In this document: one piece after another, positions 1-13,900 of the stretch
Position numbering within the stretch: the first letter of the stretch is position 1
Layout of the letters: the number at the start of each line of letters is the position of its first letter
NCBI GenBank assembly: GCA_964016885.1
Contig: OZ024744.1
Location: forward strand, 3,720,001 to 3,784,000
DNA length: 64,000 bases
DNA from: Eledone cirrhosa
Taxonomy: Eukaryota
Direction of reading: 5' to 3'
Notes under the pieces: generated by a model
What the model saw: only the letters and a program-made list of their open reading frames with translations
Told to the model about the DNA's origin: nothing
Database searches by the model: none
Program-made: the position numbers and the translations under genes

Positions 1-1776
1 GGTAGAGAAAGATAGCTTGGTGAAGAACGAAGTTTTGAGGGAAGACAAGGTAGAGAAAGATAGCTTGGTGAAGAACGACGTTTTGAGGGAAGACAAGGTA
101 GAGAAAGATAGCTTGGTGAAGAACGACGTTTTGTGGGAAGACAAGGTAGAGAAAGATAGCATGGTGAAGAACGAGGTTTTGGGGGAAGACAAGGTAGTGA
201 AAGATAGCTTGGTGAACAACGGAGTTTTGGGGGAAGACAAGGTAGAGAAAGATAGCTTGGTGAAGAACGAAGTTTTGGGGGAAGACAAGGTAGAGAAAGA
301 TAGCTTGGTGAAGAACGAAGTTTTGTGGAAGACAATGTAGAGAAAGATAGCTTGGTGAAGAACGAAGTTTTGGGGGAAGACAAGGTAGAGAAAGATAGCT
401 TGGTGAATAACGAAGTTTTGGGAGAAGACAACGTAGAGAAAGATAGCTTGGTGAAGAACGAAGTTTTGAGGGAAGACAAGGTAGAGAAAGATAGCTTGGT
501 GAAGAACGACATTTTGAGGGAAGACAAGGTAGAGAAAGATAGCTTGGTGAAGAACGACGTTTTGTGGGAAGACGAGGTAGAGAAAGATAGCTTGGTGAAT
601 AACAAAGTTTTGGGAGAAGACAAGCTCGAGAAAGATAGCTTGGTGAAGAACGAAGTTTTGTGGGAAGACAAGGTAGAGAAAGATAGCTTGGTGAAGAACG
701 AAGTTTTGGGGGAAGACAAGGTAGAGAAAGATAGCTTGGTGAAGAACGTAGTTTTGGGGAAGACAATGTAGAGAAAGATAGCTTGGTGAAGAACGAAATT
801 TGGGGGAAGACAAGGTAGAGAAAGATAGCTTGGTGAAGAACGAAGTTTTGGGAGAAGACAAGGTAGAGAAGGATAGCTTGGTGAAGAACGAAGTTTTGAG
901 GGAAGACAAAGTAGAGAAAGATAGCTTGGTGAAGAACGACGTTTTGAGGGAAGACAAGGTAGAGAAAGATAACTTGGTGAAGAACGACGTTTTGTGGGAA
1001 GACAAGGTAGAGAAATATAGCTTGGTGAAGAACGAAGTTTTGGGGGAAGACAAGGTAGAGAAAGATAGCTTGGTGAAGAACGACGTTTTGTGGGAAGACA
1101 AGGTAGAGAAAGATAGCTTGGTGAAGAACGAAGTTTTGGGGGAAGACAAGGTAGAGAAAGATAGCTTGGTGAAGAACGGAGTTTTGGGGGAAGACAAGGT
1201 AGAGAAAGATAGCTTGGTGAAGAACGACGTTTTGTGGGAAGACAAGGTAGAGAAAGATAGCTTGGTGAAGAACGAAGTTTTGGGGGAAGACAAGGTAGAG
1301 AAAGATAGCTTGGTGAAGAACGAAGTTTTGGGGGAAGACAAGGTAGAGAAAGATAGCTTGGTGAAGAACGAAGTTTTGGGGAAGACAATGTAGAGAAATA
1401 TAGCTTGGTGAAGAACGAAGATTTGGGGGAAGACAAGGTAGAGAAAGATAGCTTGGTGAAGAACGAAGTTTTGAGGGAAGACAAGGTAGAGAAAGATAGC
1501 TTGGTGAAGAACGACGTTTTGAGGGAAGACAAGGTAGAGAAAGATAGCTTGGTGAAGAACGACGTTTTGTGGGAAGACAAGGTAGAGAAAGATAGCATGG
1601 TGAAGAACGAGGTTTTGGGGGAAGACAAGGTAGTGAAAGATAGCTTGGTGAACAACGGAGTTTTGGGGGAAGACAAGGTAGAGAAAGATAGCTTGGTGAA
1701 GAACGAAGTTTTGGGGGAAGACAAGGTAGAGAAAGATAGCTTGGTGAAGAACGAAGTTTTGTGGAAGACAATGTAG

Positions 1777-4700
1777 AGAAAGATAGCTTGGTGAAGAACG
1801 AAGTTTTGGGGGAAGACAAGGTAGAGAAAGATAGCTTGGTGAATAACGAAGTTTTGGGAGAAGACAACGTAGAGAAAGATAGCTTGGTGAAGAACGAAGT
1901 TTTGAGGGAAGACAAGGTAGAGAAAGATAGCTTGGTGAAGAACGACATTTTGAGGGAAGACAAGGTAGAGAAAGATAGCTTGGTGAAGAACGACGTTTTG
2001 TGGGAAGACGAGGTAGAGAAAGATAGCTTGGTGAATAACAAAGTTTTGGGAGAAGACAAGCTCGAGAAAGATAGCTTGGTGAAGAACGAAGTTTTGTGGG
2101 AAGACAAGGTAGAGAAAGATAGCTTGGTGAAGAACGAAGTTTTGGGGGAAGACAAGGTAGAGAAAGATAGCTTGGTGAAGAACGTAGTTTTGGGGAAGAC
2201 AATGTAGAGAAAGATAGCTTGGTGAAGAACGAAGATTTGGGGGAAGACAAGGTAGAGAAAGATAGCTTGGTGAAGAACGAAGTTTTGGGAGAAGACAAGG
2301 TAGAGAAGGATAGCTTGGTGAAGAACGAAGTTTTGAGGGAAGACAAAGTAGAGAAAGATAGCTTGGTGAAGAACGACGTTTTGAGGGAAGACAAGGTAGA
2401 GAAAGATAACTTGGTGAAGAACGACGTTTTGTGGGAAGACAAGGTAGAGAAAGATAGCTTGGTGAAGAACGAAGTTTTGGGGGAAGACAAGGTAGAGAAA
2501 GATAGCTTGGTGAAGAACGAAGTTTTGGGGGAAGACAAGGTAGAGAAAGATAGCTTGGTGAAGAACGAAGTTTTGGGGGAAGACAAGGTAGAGAAAGATA
2601 GCTTGGTGAAGAACGTAGTTTTGGGGAAGACAATGTAGAGAAAGATAGCTTGGTGAAGAACGAAGATTTGGGGGAAGACAAGGTAGAGAAAGATAGCTTG
2701 GTGAAGAACGAAGTTTTGGGAGAAGACAAGGTAGAGAAAGATAGCTTGGTGGATAACGAAGTTTTGAGGGAAGACAAGGTAGAGAAAGATAGCTTGGTGA
2801 AGAACGACGTTTTGAGGGAAGACAAGGTAGAGAAAGATAGCTTGGTGAAGAACGACGTTTTGTGGGAAGACAAGGTAGAGAAAGATAGCTTGGTGAAGAA
2901 CGAAGTTTTGGGGGAAGACAAGGTAGAGAAAGATAGCTTGGTGAAGAACGGAGTTTTGGGGGAAGACAAGGTAGAGAAAGATAGCTTGGTGAAGAACGAA
3001 GTTTTGGGGGAAGACAAGGTAGAGAAAGATAGCTTGTTGAAGAACGAAGTTTTGAGGGAAGACAAGGTAGAGAAAGATAGCTTGGTGAAGAACGACATTT
3101 TGAGGGAAGACAAGGTAGAGAAAGATAGCTTGGTGAAGAACGACGTTTTGTGGGAAGACAAGGTAGAGAAAGATAGCTTGGTGAATAACAAAGTTTTGGG
3201 AGAAGACAAGGTCGAGAAAGATAGCTTGGTGAAGAACGAAGTTTTGTGGGAAGACAAGGTAGAGAAAGATAGCTTGGTGAAGAACGAAGTTTTGGGGGAA
3301 ATCAAGGTAGAGAATAATAGTTTGGTGAAGAACGAAGTTTTGGGGGAAGACAAGGTAGAGAAAGATAGCTTGGTGAAGAACGAAGTTTTGGGAGAAGACA
3401 AGGTAGAGAAAGATAGCTTGGTGAAGAACGAAGTTTTGAGGGAAGACAAGGTAGAGAAAGATAGTTTGGTGAAGAACGACGTTTTGTGGGAAGACAAGGT
3501 AGAGAAAGATAGCTTGGTGAAGAACGAAGTTTTGGGGGAAGACAAGGTAGAGAAAGATAGCTTGGTGAAGAACGAAGTTTTGGGGGAAGACCAGGTAGAG
3601 AAAGATAGCTTGGTGAAGAACGAAGTTTTGGGGGAAGACAAGGTAGAGAAAGATAGCTTGGTGAAGAACGAAGTTTTGGGGAAGACAATGTAGAGAAAGA
3701 TAGCTTGGTGAAGAACGAAGTTTTGGGGGAAGACAAGGTAGAGAAAGATAGCTTGGTGAATAACGAAGTTTTGGGAGAAGACAACGTAGAGAAAGATAGC
3801 TTGGTGAAGAACGAAGTTTTGAGGGAAGACAAGGTAGAGAAAGATAGCTTGGTGAAGAACGACATTTTGAGGGAAGACAAGGTAGAGAAAGATAGCTTGG
3901 TGAAGAACGACGTTTTGTGGGAAGACGAGGTAGAGAAAGATAGCTTGGTGAATAACAAAGTTTTGGGAGAAGACAAGCTCGAGAAAGATAGCTTGGTGAA
4001 GAACGAAGTTTTGTGGGAAGACAAGGTAGAGAAAGATAGCTTGGTGAAGAACGAAGTTTTGGGGGAAGACAAGGTAGAGAAAGATAGCTTGGTGAAGAAC
4101 GTAGTTTTGGGGAAGACAATGTAGAGAAAGATAGCTTGGTGAAGAACGAAGATTTGGGGGAAGACAAGGTAGAGAAAGATAGCTTGGTGAAGAACGAAGT
4201 TTTGGGAGAAGACAAGGTAGAGAAGGATAGCTTGGTGAAGAACGAAGTTTTGAGGGAAGACAAAGTAGAGAAAGATAGCTTGGTGAAGAACGACGTTTTG
4301 AGGGAAGACAAGGTAGAGAAAGATAACTTGGTGAAGAACGACGTTTTGTGGGAAGACAAGGTAGAGAAAGATAGCTTGGTGAAGAACGAAGTTTTGGGGG
4401 AAGACAAGGTAGAGAAAGATAGCTTGGTGAAGAACGAAGTTTTGGGGGAAGACAAGGTAGAGAAAGATAGCTTGGTGAAGAACGAAGTTTTGGGGGAAGA
4501 CAAGGTAGAGAAAGATAGCTTGGTGAAGAACGTAGTTTTGGGGAAGACAATGTAGAGAAAGATAGCTTGGTGAAGAACGAAGATTTGGGGGAAGACAAGG
4601 TAGAGAAAGATAGCTTGGTGAAGAACGAAGTTTTGGGAGAAGACAAGGTAGAGAAAGATAGCTTGGTGGATAACGAAGTTTTGAGGGAAGACAAGGTAGA

Positions 4701-5610
4701 GAAAGATAGCTTGGTGAAGAACGACGTTTTGAGGGAAGACAAGGTAGAGAAAGATAGCTTGGTGAAGAACGACGTTTTGTGGGAAGACAAGGTAGAGAAA
4801 GATAGCTTGGTGAAGAACGAAGTTTTGGGGGAAGACAAGGTAGAGAAAGATAGCTTGGTGAAGAACGGAGTTTTGGGGGAAGACAAGGTAGAGAAAGATA
4901 GCTTGGTGAAGAACGAAGTTTTGGGGGAAGACAAGGTAGAGAAAGATAGCTTGTTGAAGAACGAAGTTTTGAGGGAAGACAAGGTAGAGAAAGATAGCTT
5001 GGTGAAGAACGACATTTTGAGGGAAGACAAGGTAGAGAAAGATAGCTTGGTGAAGAACGACGTTTTGTGGGAAGACAAGGTAGAGAAAGATAGCTTGGTG
5101 AATAACAAAGTTTTGGGAGAAGACAAGGTCGAGAAAGATAGCTTGGTGAAGAACGAAGTTTTGTGGGAAGACAAGGTAGAGAAAGATAGCTTGGTGAAGA
5201 ACGAAGTTTTGGGGGAAATCAAGGTAGAGAATAATAGTTTGGTGAAGAACGAAGTTTTGGGGGAAGACAAGGTAGAGAAAGATAGCTTGGTGAAGAACGA
5301 AGTTTTGGGAGAAGACAAGGTAGAGAAAGATAGCTTGGTGAAGAACGAAGTTTTGAGGGAAGACAAGGTAGAGAAAGATAGTTTGGTGAAGAACGACGTT
5401 TTGTGGGAAGACAAGGTAGAGAAAGATAGCTTGGTGAAGAACGAAGTTTTGGGGGAAGACAAGGTAGAGAAAGATAGCTTGGTGAAGAACGAAGTTTTGG
5501 GGGAAGACCAGGTAGAGAAAGATAGCTTGGTGAAGAACGAAGTTTTGGGGGAAGACAAGGTAGAGAAAGATAGCTTGGTGAAGAACGAAGTTTTGGGGAA
5601 GACAATGTAG
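1777..5610. repeat. Tandem duplication of a 1917-bp (40-monomer, -3 nt) higher-order unit
   Basis: Identical ORF translations at 2219/4136 and 2650/4567, and CTCGAG at 2061/3978. All offsets are 1917 = 40x48-3. Confidence 0.92.
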
Positions 5611-8600
5611 AGAAAGATAGCTTGGTGAAGAACGAAGTTTTGGGGGAAGACAAGGTAGAGAAAGATAGCTTGGTGAATAACGAAGTTTTGGGAGAAGACA
5701 AGGTCGAGAAAGATAGCTTGGTGAAGAACGAAATTTTGAGGGAAGACAAGGTAGAGAAAGATAGCTTGGTGAAGAACGACGTTTTGAGGGAAGACAAGGT
5801 AGAGAAAGATAGCTTGGTGAAGAACGAAGTTTTGGGGAAGACAATGTAGAGAAATATAGCTTGGTGAAGAACGAAGATTTGGGTGAAGACAAGGTAGAGA
5901 AAGATAGCTTGGTGAAGAACGAAGTTTTGAGGGAAGACAAGGTAGAGAAAGATAGCTTGGTGAAGAACGAAGTTTTGGGGGAAGACAAGGTAGAGAAAGA
6001 TAGCTTGGTGAAGAACGAAGTTTTGGGGGAAATCAAGGTAGAGAATAATAGTTTGGTGAAGAACGAAGTTTTGGGGGAAGACAAGGTTGAGAAAGATAGC
6101 TTGGTGAAGAACGAAGTGTTGGGAGAAGACAAGGTAGAGAAAGATAGCTTGGTGAAGAACGAAGTTTTGAGGGAAGACAAGGTAGAGAAAGATAGTTTGG
6201 TGAAGAACGACGTTTTGTGGGAAGACAAGGTAGAGAAAGATAGCTTGGTGAATAACAAAGTTTTGGGAGAAGACAAGGTCGAGAAAGATAGCTTGGTGAA
6301 GAACGAAGTTTTGTGGGAAGACAAGGTAGAGAAAGATAGCTTGGTGAAGAACGAAGTTTTGGGGGAAGACAAGGTAGAGAAAGATAGCTTGGTGAAGAAC
6401 GAAGTTTTGGGGGAAGACAAGGTAGAGAAAGATAGCTTGGTGAAGAACGAAGTTTTGGGGGAAATCAAGGTAGAGAATAATAGTTTGGTGAAGAACGAAG
6501 TTTTGGGGGAAGACAAGGTAGAGAAAGATAGCTTGGTGAAGAACGAAGTTTTGGGAGAAGACAAGGTAGAGAAAGATAGCTTGGTGAAGAACGAAGTTTT
6601 GAGGGAAGACAAGGTAGAGAAAGATAGTTTGGTGAAGAACGACGTTTTGTGGGAAGACAAGGTAGAGAAAGATAGCTTGGTGAAGAACGAAGTTTTGGGG
6701 GAAGACAAGGTAGAGAAAGATAGCTTGGTGAAGAACGAAGTTTTGGGGGAAGACCAGGTAGAGAAAGATAGCTTGGTGAAGAACGAAGTTTTGGGGGAAG
6801 ACAAGGTAGAGAAAGATAGCTTGGTGAAGAACGAAGTTTTGGGGAAGACAATGTAGAGAAAGATAGCTTGGTGAAGAACGAAGTTTTGGGGGAAGACAAG
6901 GTAGAGAAAGATAGCTTGGTGAATAACGAAGTTTTGGGAGAAGACAAGGTCGAGAAAGATAGCTTGGTGAAGAACGAAATTTTGAGGGAAGACAAGGTAG
7001 AGAAAGATAGCTTGGTGAAGAACGACGTTTTGAGGGAAGACAAGGTAGAGAAAGATAGCTTGGTGAAGAACGAAGTTTTGGGGGAAGACAATGTAGAGAA
7101 ATATAGCTTGGTGAAGAACGAAGATTTGGGGGAAGACAAGGTAGAGAAAGATAGCTTGGTGAAGAACGAAGTTTTGAGGGAAGACAAGGTAGAGAAAGAT
7201 AGCTTGGTGAAGAACGACGTTTTGAGGGAAGACAAGGTAGAGAAAGATAGCTTGGTGAAGAACGACGTTTTGTGGGAAGACAAGGTAGAGAAAGATAGCA
7301 TGGTGAAGAACGAGGTTTTGGGGGAAGACAAAGTAGTGAAAGATAGCTTGGTGAACAACGGAGTTTTGGGGGAAGACAAGGTAGAGAAAGATAGCTTGGT
7401 GAAGAACGAAGTTTTGGGGGAAGACAAGGTAGAGAAAGATAGCTTGGTGAAGAACGAAGTTTTGTGGAAGACAATGTAGAGAAAGATAGCTTGGTGAAGA
7501 ACGAAGTTTTGGGGGAAGACAAGGTAGAGAAAGATAGCTTGGTGAATAACGAAGTTTTGGGAGAAGACAACGTAGAGAAAGATAGCTTGGTGAAGAACGA
7601 AGTTTTGAGGGAAGACAAGGTAGAGAAAGATAGCTTGGTGAAGAACGACATTTTGAGGGAAGACAAGGTAGAGAAAGATAGCTTGGTGAAGAACGACGTT
7701 TTGTGGGAAGACGAGGTAGAGAAAGATAGCTTGGTGAATAACAAAGTTTTGGGAGAAGACAAGCTCGAGAAAGATAGCTTGGTGAAGAACGAAGTTTTGT
7801 GGGAAGACAAGGTAGAGAAAGATAGCTTGGTGAAGAACGAAGTTTTGGGGGAAGACAAGGTAGAGAAAGATAGCTTGGTGAAGAACGTAGTTTTGGGGAA
7901 GACAATGTAGAGAAAGATAGCTTGGTGAAGAACGAAGATTTGGGGGAAGACAAGGTAGAGAAAGATAGCTTGGTGAAGAACGAAGTTTTGGGAGAAGACA
8001 AGGTAGAGAAAGATAGCTTGGTGAAGAACGAAGTTTTGAGGGAAGACAAAGTAGAGAAAGATAGCTTGGTGAAGAACGACGTTTTGAGGGAAGACAAGGT
8101 AGAGAAAGATAACTTGGTGAAGAATGACGTTTTGTGGGAAGACAAGGTAGAGAAAGATAGCATGGTGAAGAACGAAGTTTTGGGGGAAGACAAGGTAGAG
8201 AAAGATAGCTTGGTGAAGAACGAAGTTTTGGGGGAAGACAAGGTAGAGAAAGATAGCTTGGTGAAGAACGAAGTTTTGGGGGAAGACAAGGTAGAGAAAG
8301 ATAGCTTGGTGAAGAACGTAGTTTTGGGGAAGACAATGTAGAGAAAGATAGCTTGGTGAAGAACGAAGATTTGGGGGAAGACAAGGTAGAGAAAGATAGC
8401 TTGGTGAAGAACGAAGTTTTGGGAGAAGACAAGGTAGAGAAAGATAGCTTGGTGAAGAACGAAGTTTTGAGGGAAGACAAGGTAGAGAAAGATAGCTTGG
8501 TGAAGAACGACGTTTTGAGGGAAGACAAGGTAGAGAAAGATAGCTTGGTGAAGAACGACGTTTTGTGGGAAGACAAGGTAGAGAAAGATAGCTTGGTGAA

Positions 8601-9647
8601 GAACGAAGTTTTGGGGGAAGACAAGGTAGAGAAAGATAGCTTGGTGAAGAACGGAGTTTTGGGGGAAGACAAGGTAGAGAAAGATAGCTTGGTGAAGAAC
8701 GAAGTTATGGGGGAAGACAAGGTAGAGAAAGATAGCTTGTTGAAGAACGAAGTTTTGAGGGAAGACAAGGTAGAGAAAGATAGCTTGGTGAAGAACGACA
8801 TTTTGAGGGAAGACAAGGTAGAGAAAGATAGCTTGGTGAAGAACGACGTTTTGTGGGAAGACAAGGTAGAGAAAGATAGCTTGGTGAATAACAAAGTTTT
8901 GGGAGAAGACAAGGTCGAGAAAGATAGCTTGGTGAAGAACGAAGTTTTGTGGGAAGACAAGGTAGAGAAAGATAGCTTGGTGAAGAACGAAGTTTTGGGG
9001 GAAGACAAGGTAGAGAAAGATAGCTTGGTGAAGAACGAAGTTTTGGGGGAAGACAAGGTAGAGAAAGATAGCTTGGTGAAGAACGAAGTTTTGGGGGAAA
9101 TCAAGGTAGAGAATAATAGTTTGGTGAAGAACGAAGTTTTGGGGGAAGACAAGGTAGAGAAAGATAGCTTGGTGAAGAACGAAGTTTTGGGAGAAGACAA
9201 GGTAGAGAAAGATAGCTTGGTGAAGAACGAAGTTTTGAGGGAAGACAAGGTAGAGAAAGATAGTTTGGTGAAGAACGACGTTTTGTGGGAAGACAAGGTA
9301 GAGAAAGATAGCTTGGTGAAGAACGAAGTTTTGGGGGAAGACAAGGTAGAGAAAGATAGCTTGGTGAAGAACGAAGTTTTGGGGGAAGACCAGGTAGAGA
9401 AAGATAGCTTGGTGAAGAACGAAGTTTTGGGGGAAGACAAGGTAGAGAAAGATAGCTTGGTGAAGAACGAAGTTTTGGGGAAGACAATGTAGAGAAAGAT
9501 AGCTTGGTGAAGAACGAAGTTTTGGGGGAAGACAAGGTAGAGAAAGATAGCTTGGTGAATAACGAAGTTTTGGGAGAAGACAAGGTCGAGAAAGATAGCT
9601 TGGTGAAGAACGACGTTTTGTAGGAAGACAAGGTAGAGAAAGATAGC

Positions 9648-12600
9648 TTGGTGAAGAACGAAGTTTTGAGGGAAGACAAGGTAGAGAAAGATAGCTTGGT
9701 GAATAACGAAGTTTTGGGAGAAGACAAGGTGGAGAAAGATAGCTTGGTGAAGAACGAAGTTTTGAGGGAAGACAAGGTAGAGAAAGATAGCTTGGTGAAG
9801 AACGACGTTTTGTGGGAAGACAAGGTAGAGAAAGATAGCTTGGTGAAGAACGAAGTTTTTGGGGAAGACAAGGTAGAGAAAGATAGCTTGGTGAAGAACG
9901 AAGTTTTGGGAGAAGACAAGGTTGAGAAAGATAGCTTGGTGAAGAACGAAGTTTTGGGGAAGACAATGTAGAGAAAGATAGCTTGGTGAAGAACGAAGAT
10001 TTGGGGGAAGACAAGGTAGAGAAAGATAGCTTGGTGAAGAACGAAGTTTTGGGAGAAGACAAGGTAGAGAAAGATAGCTTGGTGAAGAACGAAGTTTTGA
10101 GGGAAGACAAGGTAGAGAAAGATAGCTTGGTGAAGAACGACGTTTTGAGGGAAGACAAGGTAGAGAAAGATAGCTTGGTGAAGAACGACGTTTTGTGGGA
10201 AGACAAGGTAGAGAAAGATAGCTTGGTGAAGAACGATGTTTTGGGGGAAGACAAGGTAGAGAAAGATAGCTTGGTGAAGAACGAAGTTTTTGGGGAAGAC
10301 AAGGTAGAGAAAGATAGCTTGGTGAAGAACGAAGTTTTGTGGAAGACAATGTAGAGAAAGATAGCTTGGTGAAGAACGAAGTTTTGGGGGAAGACAAGGT
10401 AGAGAAAGATAGCTTGGTGAATAACGAAGTTTTGGGAGAAGACAAGTTAGAGAAAGATAGCTTGGTGAAGAACGAAGTTTTGAGGGAAGACAAGGTAGAG
10501 AAAGATAGCTTGGTGAAGAACGACATTTTGAGGGAAGACAAGGTAGAGAAAGATAGCTTGGTGAAGAACGACGTTTTGTGGGAAGACAAGGTAGAGAAAG
10601 ATAGCTTGGTGAAGAACGAAGTTTTGGGGGAAGACAAGGTAGAGAAAGATAGCTTGGTGAAGAACGAAGTTTTTGGGGAAGACAAGGTAGAGAAAGATAG
10701 CTTGGTGAAGAACGAAGTTTTGTGGAAGACAATGTAGAGAAAGATAGCTTGGTGAAGAACGAAGTTTTGGGGGAAGACAAGGTAGAGAAAGATAGCTTGG
10801 TGAATAACGAAGTTTTGGGAGAAGACAAGGTAGAGAAAGATAGCTTGTTGAAGAACGAAGTTTTGAGGGAAGACAAGGTAGAGAAAGATAGCTTGGTGAA
10901 GAACGACATTTTGAGGGAAGACAAGGTAGAGAAAGATAGCTTGGTGAAGAACGACGTTTTGTGGGAAGACAAGGTAGAGAAAGATAGCTTGGTGAAGAAC
11001 GAAGTTTTGGGGGAAGACAAGGTAGAGAAAGATAGCTTGGTGAAGAACGAAGTTTTGGGGGAAGACAAGGTAGAGAAAGATAGCTTGGTGAAGAAGGAAG
11101 TTTTGGGGGAAATCAAGGTAGAGAATAATAGTTTGGTGAAGAACGAAGTTTTGGGGGAAGACAAGGTAGAGAAAGATAGCTTGGTGAAGAACGACGTTTT
11201 GTGGGAAGACGAGGTAGAGAAAGATAGCTTGGTGAAGAACGAAGTTTTGGGAGAAGACAAGGTAGAGAAAGATAGCTTGGTGAAGAACGAAGTTTTGCGG
11301 GAAGACAAGGTAGAGAAAGATAGCTTGGTGAAGAACGGAGTTTTGGGGGAAGACAAGGTAGAGAAAGATAGCTTGGTGAAGAACGAAGTTTTGGGGGAAG
11401 ACAAGGTAGAGAAAGATAGCTTGTTGAAGAACGAAGTTTTGAGGGAAGACAAGGTAGAGAAAGATAGCTTGGTGAAGAACGACATTTTGAGGGAAGACAA
11501 GGTAGAGGAAGATAGCTTGGTGAAGAACGACGTTTTGTGGGAAGACAAGGTAGAGAAAGATAGCTTGGTGAATAACAAAGTTTTGGGGGAAGACAAGGTC
11601 GAGAAAGATAGCTTGGTGAAGAACGAAGTTTTGTGGGAAGACAAGGTAGAGAAAGATAGCTTGGTGAAGAACGAAGTTTTGGGGGAAGACAAGGTAGAGA
11701 AAGATAGCTTGGTGAAGAACGAAGTTTTGGGGGAAGACAAGGTAGAGAAAGATAGCTTGGTGAAGAACGAAGTTTTGGGGGAAATCAAGGTAGAGAATAA
11801 TAGTTTGGTGAAGAACGAAGTTTTGGGGGAAGACAAGGTAGAGAAAGATAGCTTGGTGAAGAACGAAGTTTTGGGAGAAGACAAGGTAGAGAAAGATAGC
11901 TTGGTGAAGAACGAAGTTTTGAGGGAAGACAAGGTAGAGAAAGATAGTTTGGTGAAGAACGACGTTTTGTGGGAAGACAAGGTAGAGAAAGATAGCTTGG
12001 TGAAGAACGAAGTTTTGGGGGAAGACAAGGTAGAGAAAGATAGCTTGGTGAAGAACGAAGTTTTGGGGGAAGACCAGGTAGAGAAAGATAGCTTGGTGAA
12101 GAACGAAGTTTTGGGGGAAGACAAGGTAGAGAAAGATAGCTTGGTGAAGAACGAAGTTTTGGGGAAGACAATGTAGAGAAAGATAGCTTGGTGAAGAACG
12201 AAGTTTTGGGGGTAGACAAGGTAGAGAAAGATAGCTTGGTGAATAACGAAGTTTTGGGAGAAGACAAGGTCGAGAAAGATAGCTTGGTGAAGAACGAAAT
12301 TTTGAGGGAAGACAAGGTAGAGAAAGATAGCTTGGTGAAGAACGAAGTTTTGGGGGAAGACAAGGTAGAGAAAGATAGCTTGGTGAAGAACGAAGTTTTG
12401 AGGGAAGACAAGGTAGAGAAAGATAGCTTGGTGAATAACGAAGTTTTGGGAGAAGACAAGGTGGAGAAAGATAGCTTGGTGAAGAACGAAGTTTTGAGGG
12501 AAGACAAGGTAGAGAAAGATAGCTTGGTGAAGAACGACGTTTTGTGGGAAGACAAGGTAGAGAAAGATAGCTTGGTGAAGAACGAAGTTTTTGGGGAAGA

Positions 12601-13900
12601 CAAGGTAGAGAAAGATAGCTTGGTGAAGAACGAAGTTTTGGTAGAAGACAAGGTAGAGAAAGATAGCTTGGTGAAGAACGAAGTTTTGGGGAAGACAATG
12701 TAGAGAAAGATAGCTTGGTGAAGAACGAAGATTTGGGGGAAGACAAGGTAGAGAAAGATAGCTTGGTGAAGAACGAAGTTTTGGGATAAGACAAGGTAGA
12801 GAAAGATAGCTTGGTGAAGAACGAAGTTTTGAGGGAAGACAAGGTAGAGAAAGATAGCTTGGTGAAGAACGACGTTTTGAGGGAAGACAAGGTAGAGAAA
12901 GATAGCTTGGTGAAGAACGACGTTTTGTGGGAAGACAAGGTAGAGAAAGATAGCTTGGTGAAGAACGAAGTTTTTGGGGAAGACAAGGTAGAGAAAGATA
13001 GCTTGGTGAAGAACGAAGTTTTTGGGGAAGACAAGGTAGAGAAAGATAGCTTGGTGAAGAACGAAGTTTTGTGGAAGACAATGTAGAGAAAGATAGCTTG
13101 GTGAAGAACGAAGTTTTGGGGGAAGACAAGGTAGAGAAAGATAGCTTGGTGAATAACGAAGTTTTGGGAGAAGACAAGTTAGAGAAAGATAGCTTGGTGA
13201 AGAACGAAGTTTTGAGGGAAGACAAGGTAGAGAAAGATAGCTTGGTGAAGAACGACATTTTGAGGGAAGACAAGGTAGAGAAAGATAGCTTGGTGAAGAA
13301 CGACGTTTTGTGGGAAGACAAGGTAGAGAAAGATAGCTTGGTGAAGAACGAAGTTTTTGGGGAAGACAAGGTAGAGAAAGATAGCTTGGTGAAGAACGAA
13401 GTTTTGGGGGAAGACAAGGTAGAGAAAGATAGCTTGGTGAAGAACGAAGTTTTGTGGAAGACAATGTAGAGAAAGATAGCTTGGTGAAGAACGAAGTTTT
13501 GGGGGAAGTCAAGGTAGAGAAAGATAGCTTGGTGAATAACGAAGTTTTGGGAGAAGACAAGGTAGAGAAAGATAGCTTGTTGAAGAACGAAGTTTTGAGG
13601 GAAGACAAGGTAGAGAAAGATAGCTTGGTGAAGAACGACATTTTGAGGGAAGACAAGGTAGAGAAAGATAGCTTGGTGAAGAACGACGTTTTGTGGGAAG
13701 ACAAGGTAGAGAAAGATAGCTTGGTGAATAACAAAGTTTTGGGAGAAGACAAGGTCGAGAAAGATAGCTTGGTGAAGAACGAAGTTTTGGGGGAAGACAA
13801 GGTAGAGAAAGATAGCTTGGTGAAGAAGGAAGTTTTGGGGGAAATCAAGGTAGAGAATAATAGTTTGGTGAAGAACGAAGTTTTGGGGGAAGACAAGGTA
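9648..13900. repeat. Imperfect duplication with 2732-bp offset (57 monomers, -4 nt)
   Basis: ORF starts 10339/13071 and 10722/13454, and KTM stops 9971/12703 and 10354/13086, are all offset by 2732. Confidence 0.8.

Noticed and set aside
272-281. TTTTGGGG matching the hypotrich ciliate telomeric repeat T4G4
   Set aside because: Only one copy per 48 bp, never tandem, and it overlaps the most variable position of the monomer.
750-771. Programmed -1 frameshift at T TTG GGG rescuing the 47-bp monomers
   Set aside because: It fits X XXY YYZ only with non-canonical Y=G. The same heptamer is in ordinary monomers, where slippage would be destructive. No stimulatory structure is apparent, and other deletion types lack it.
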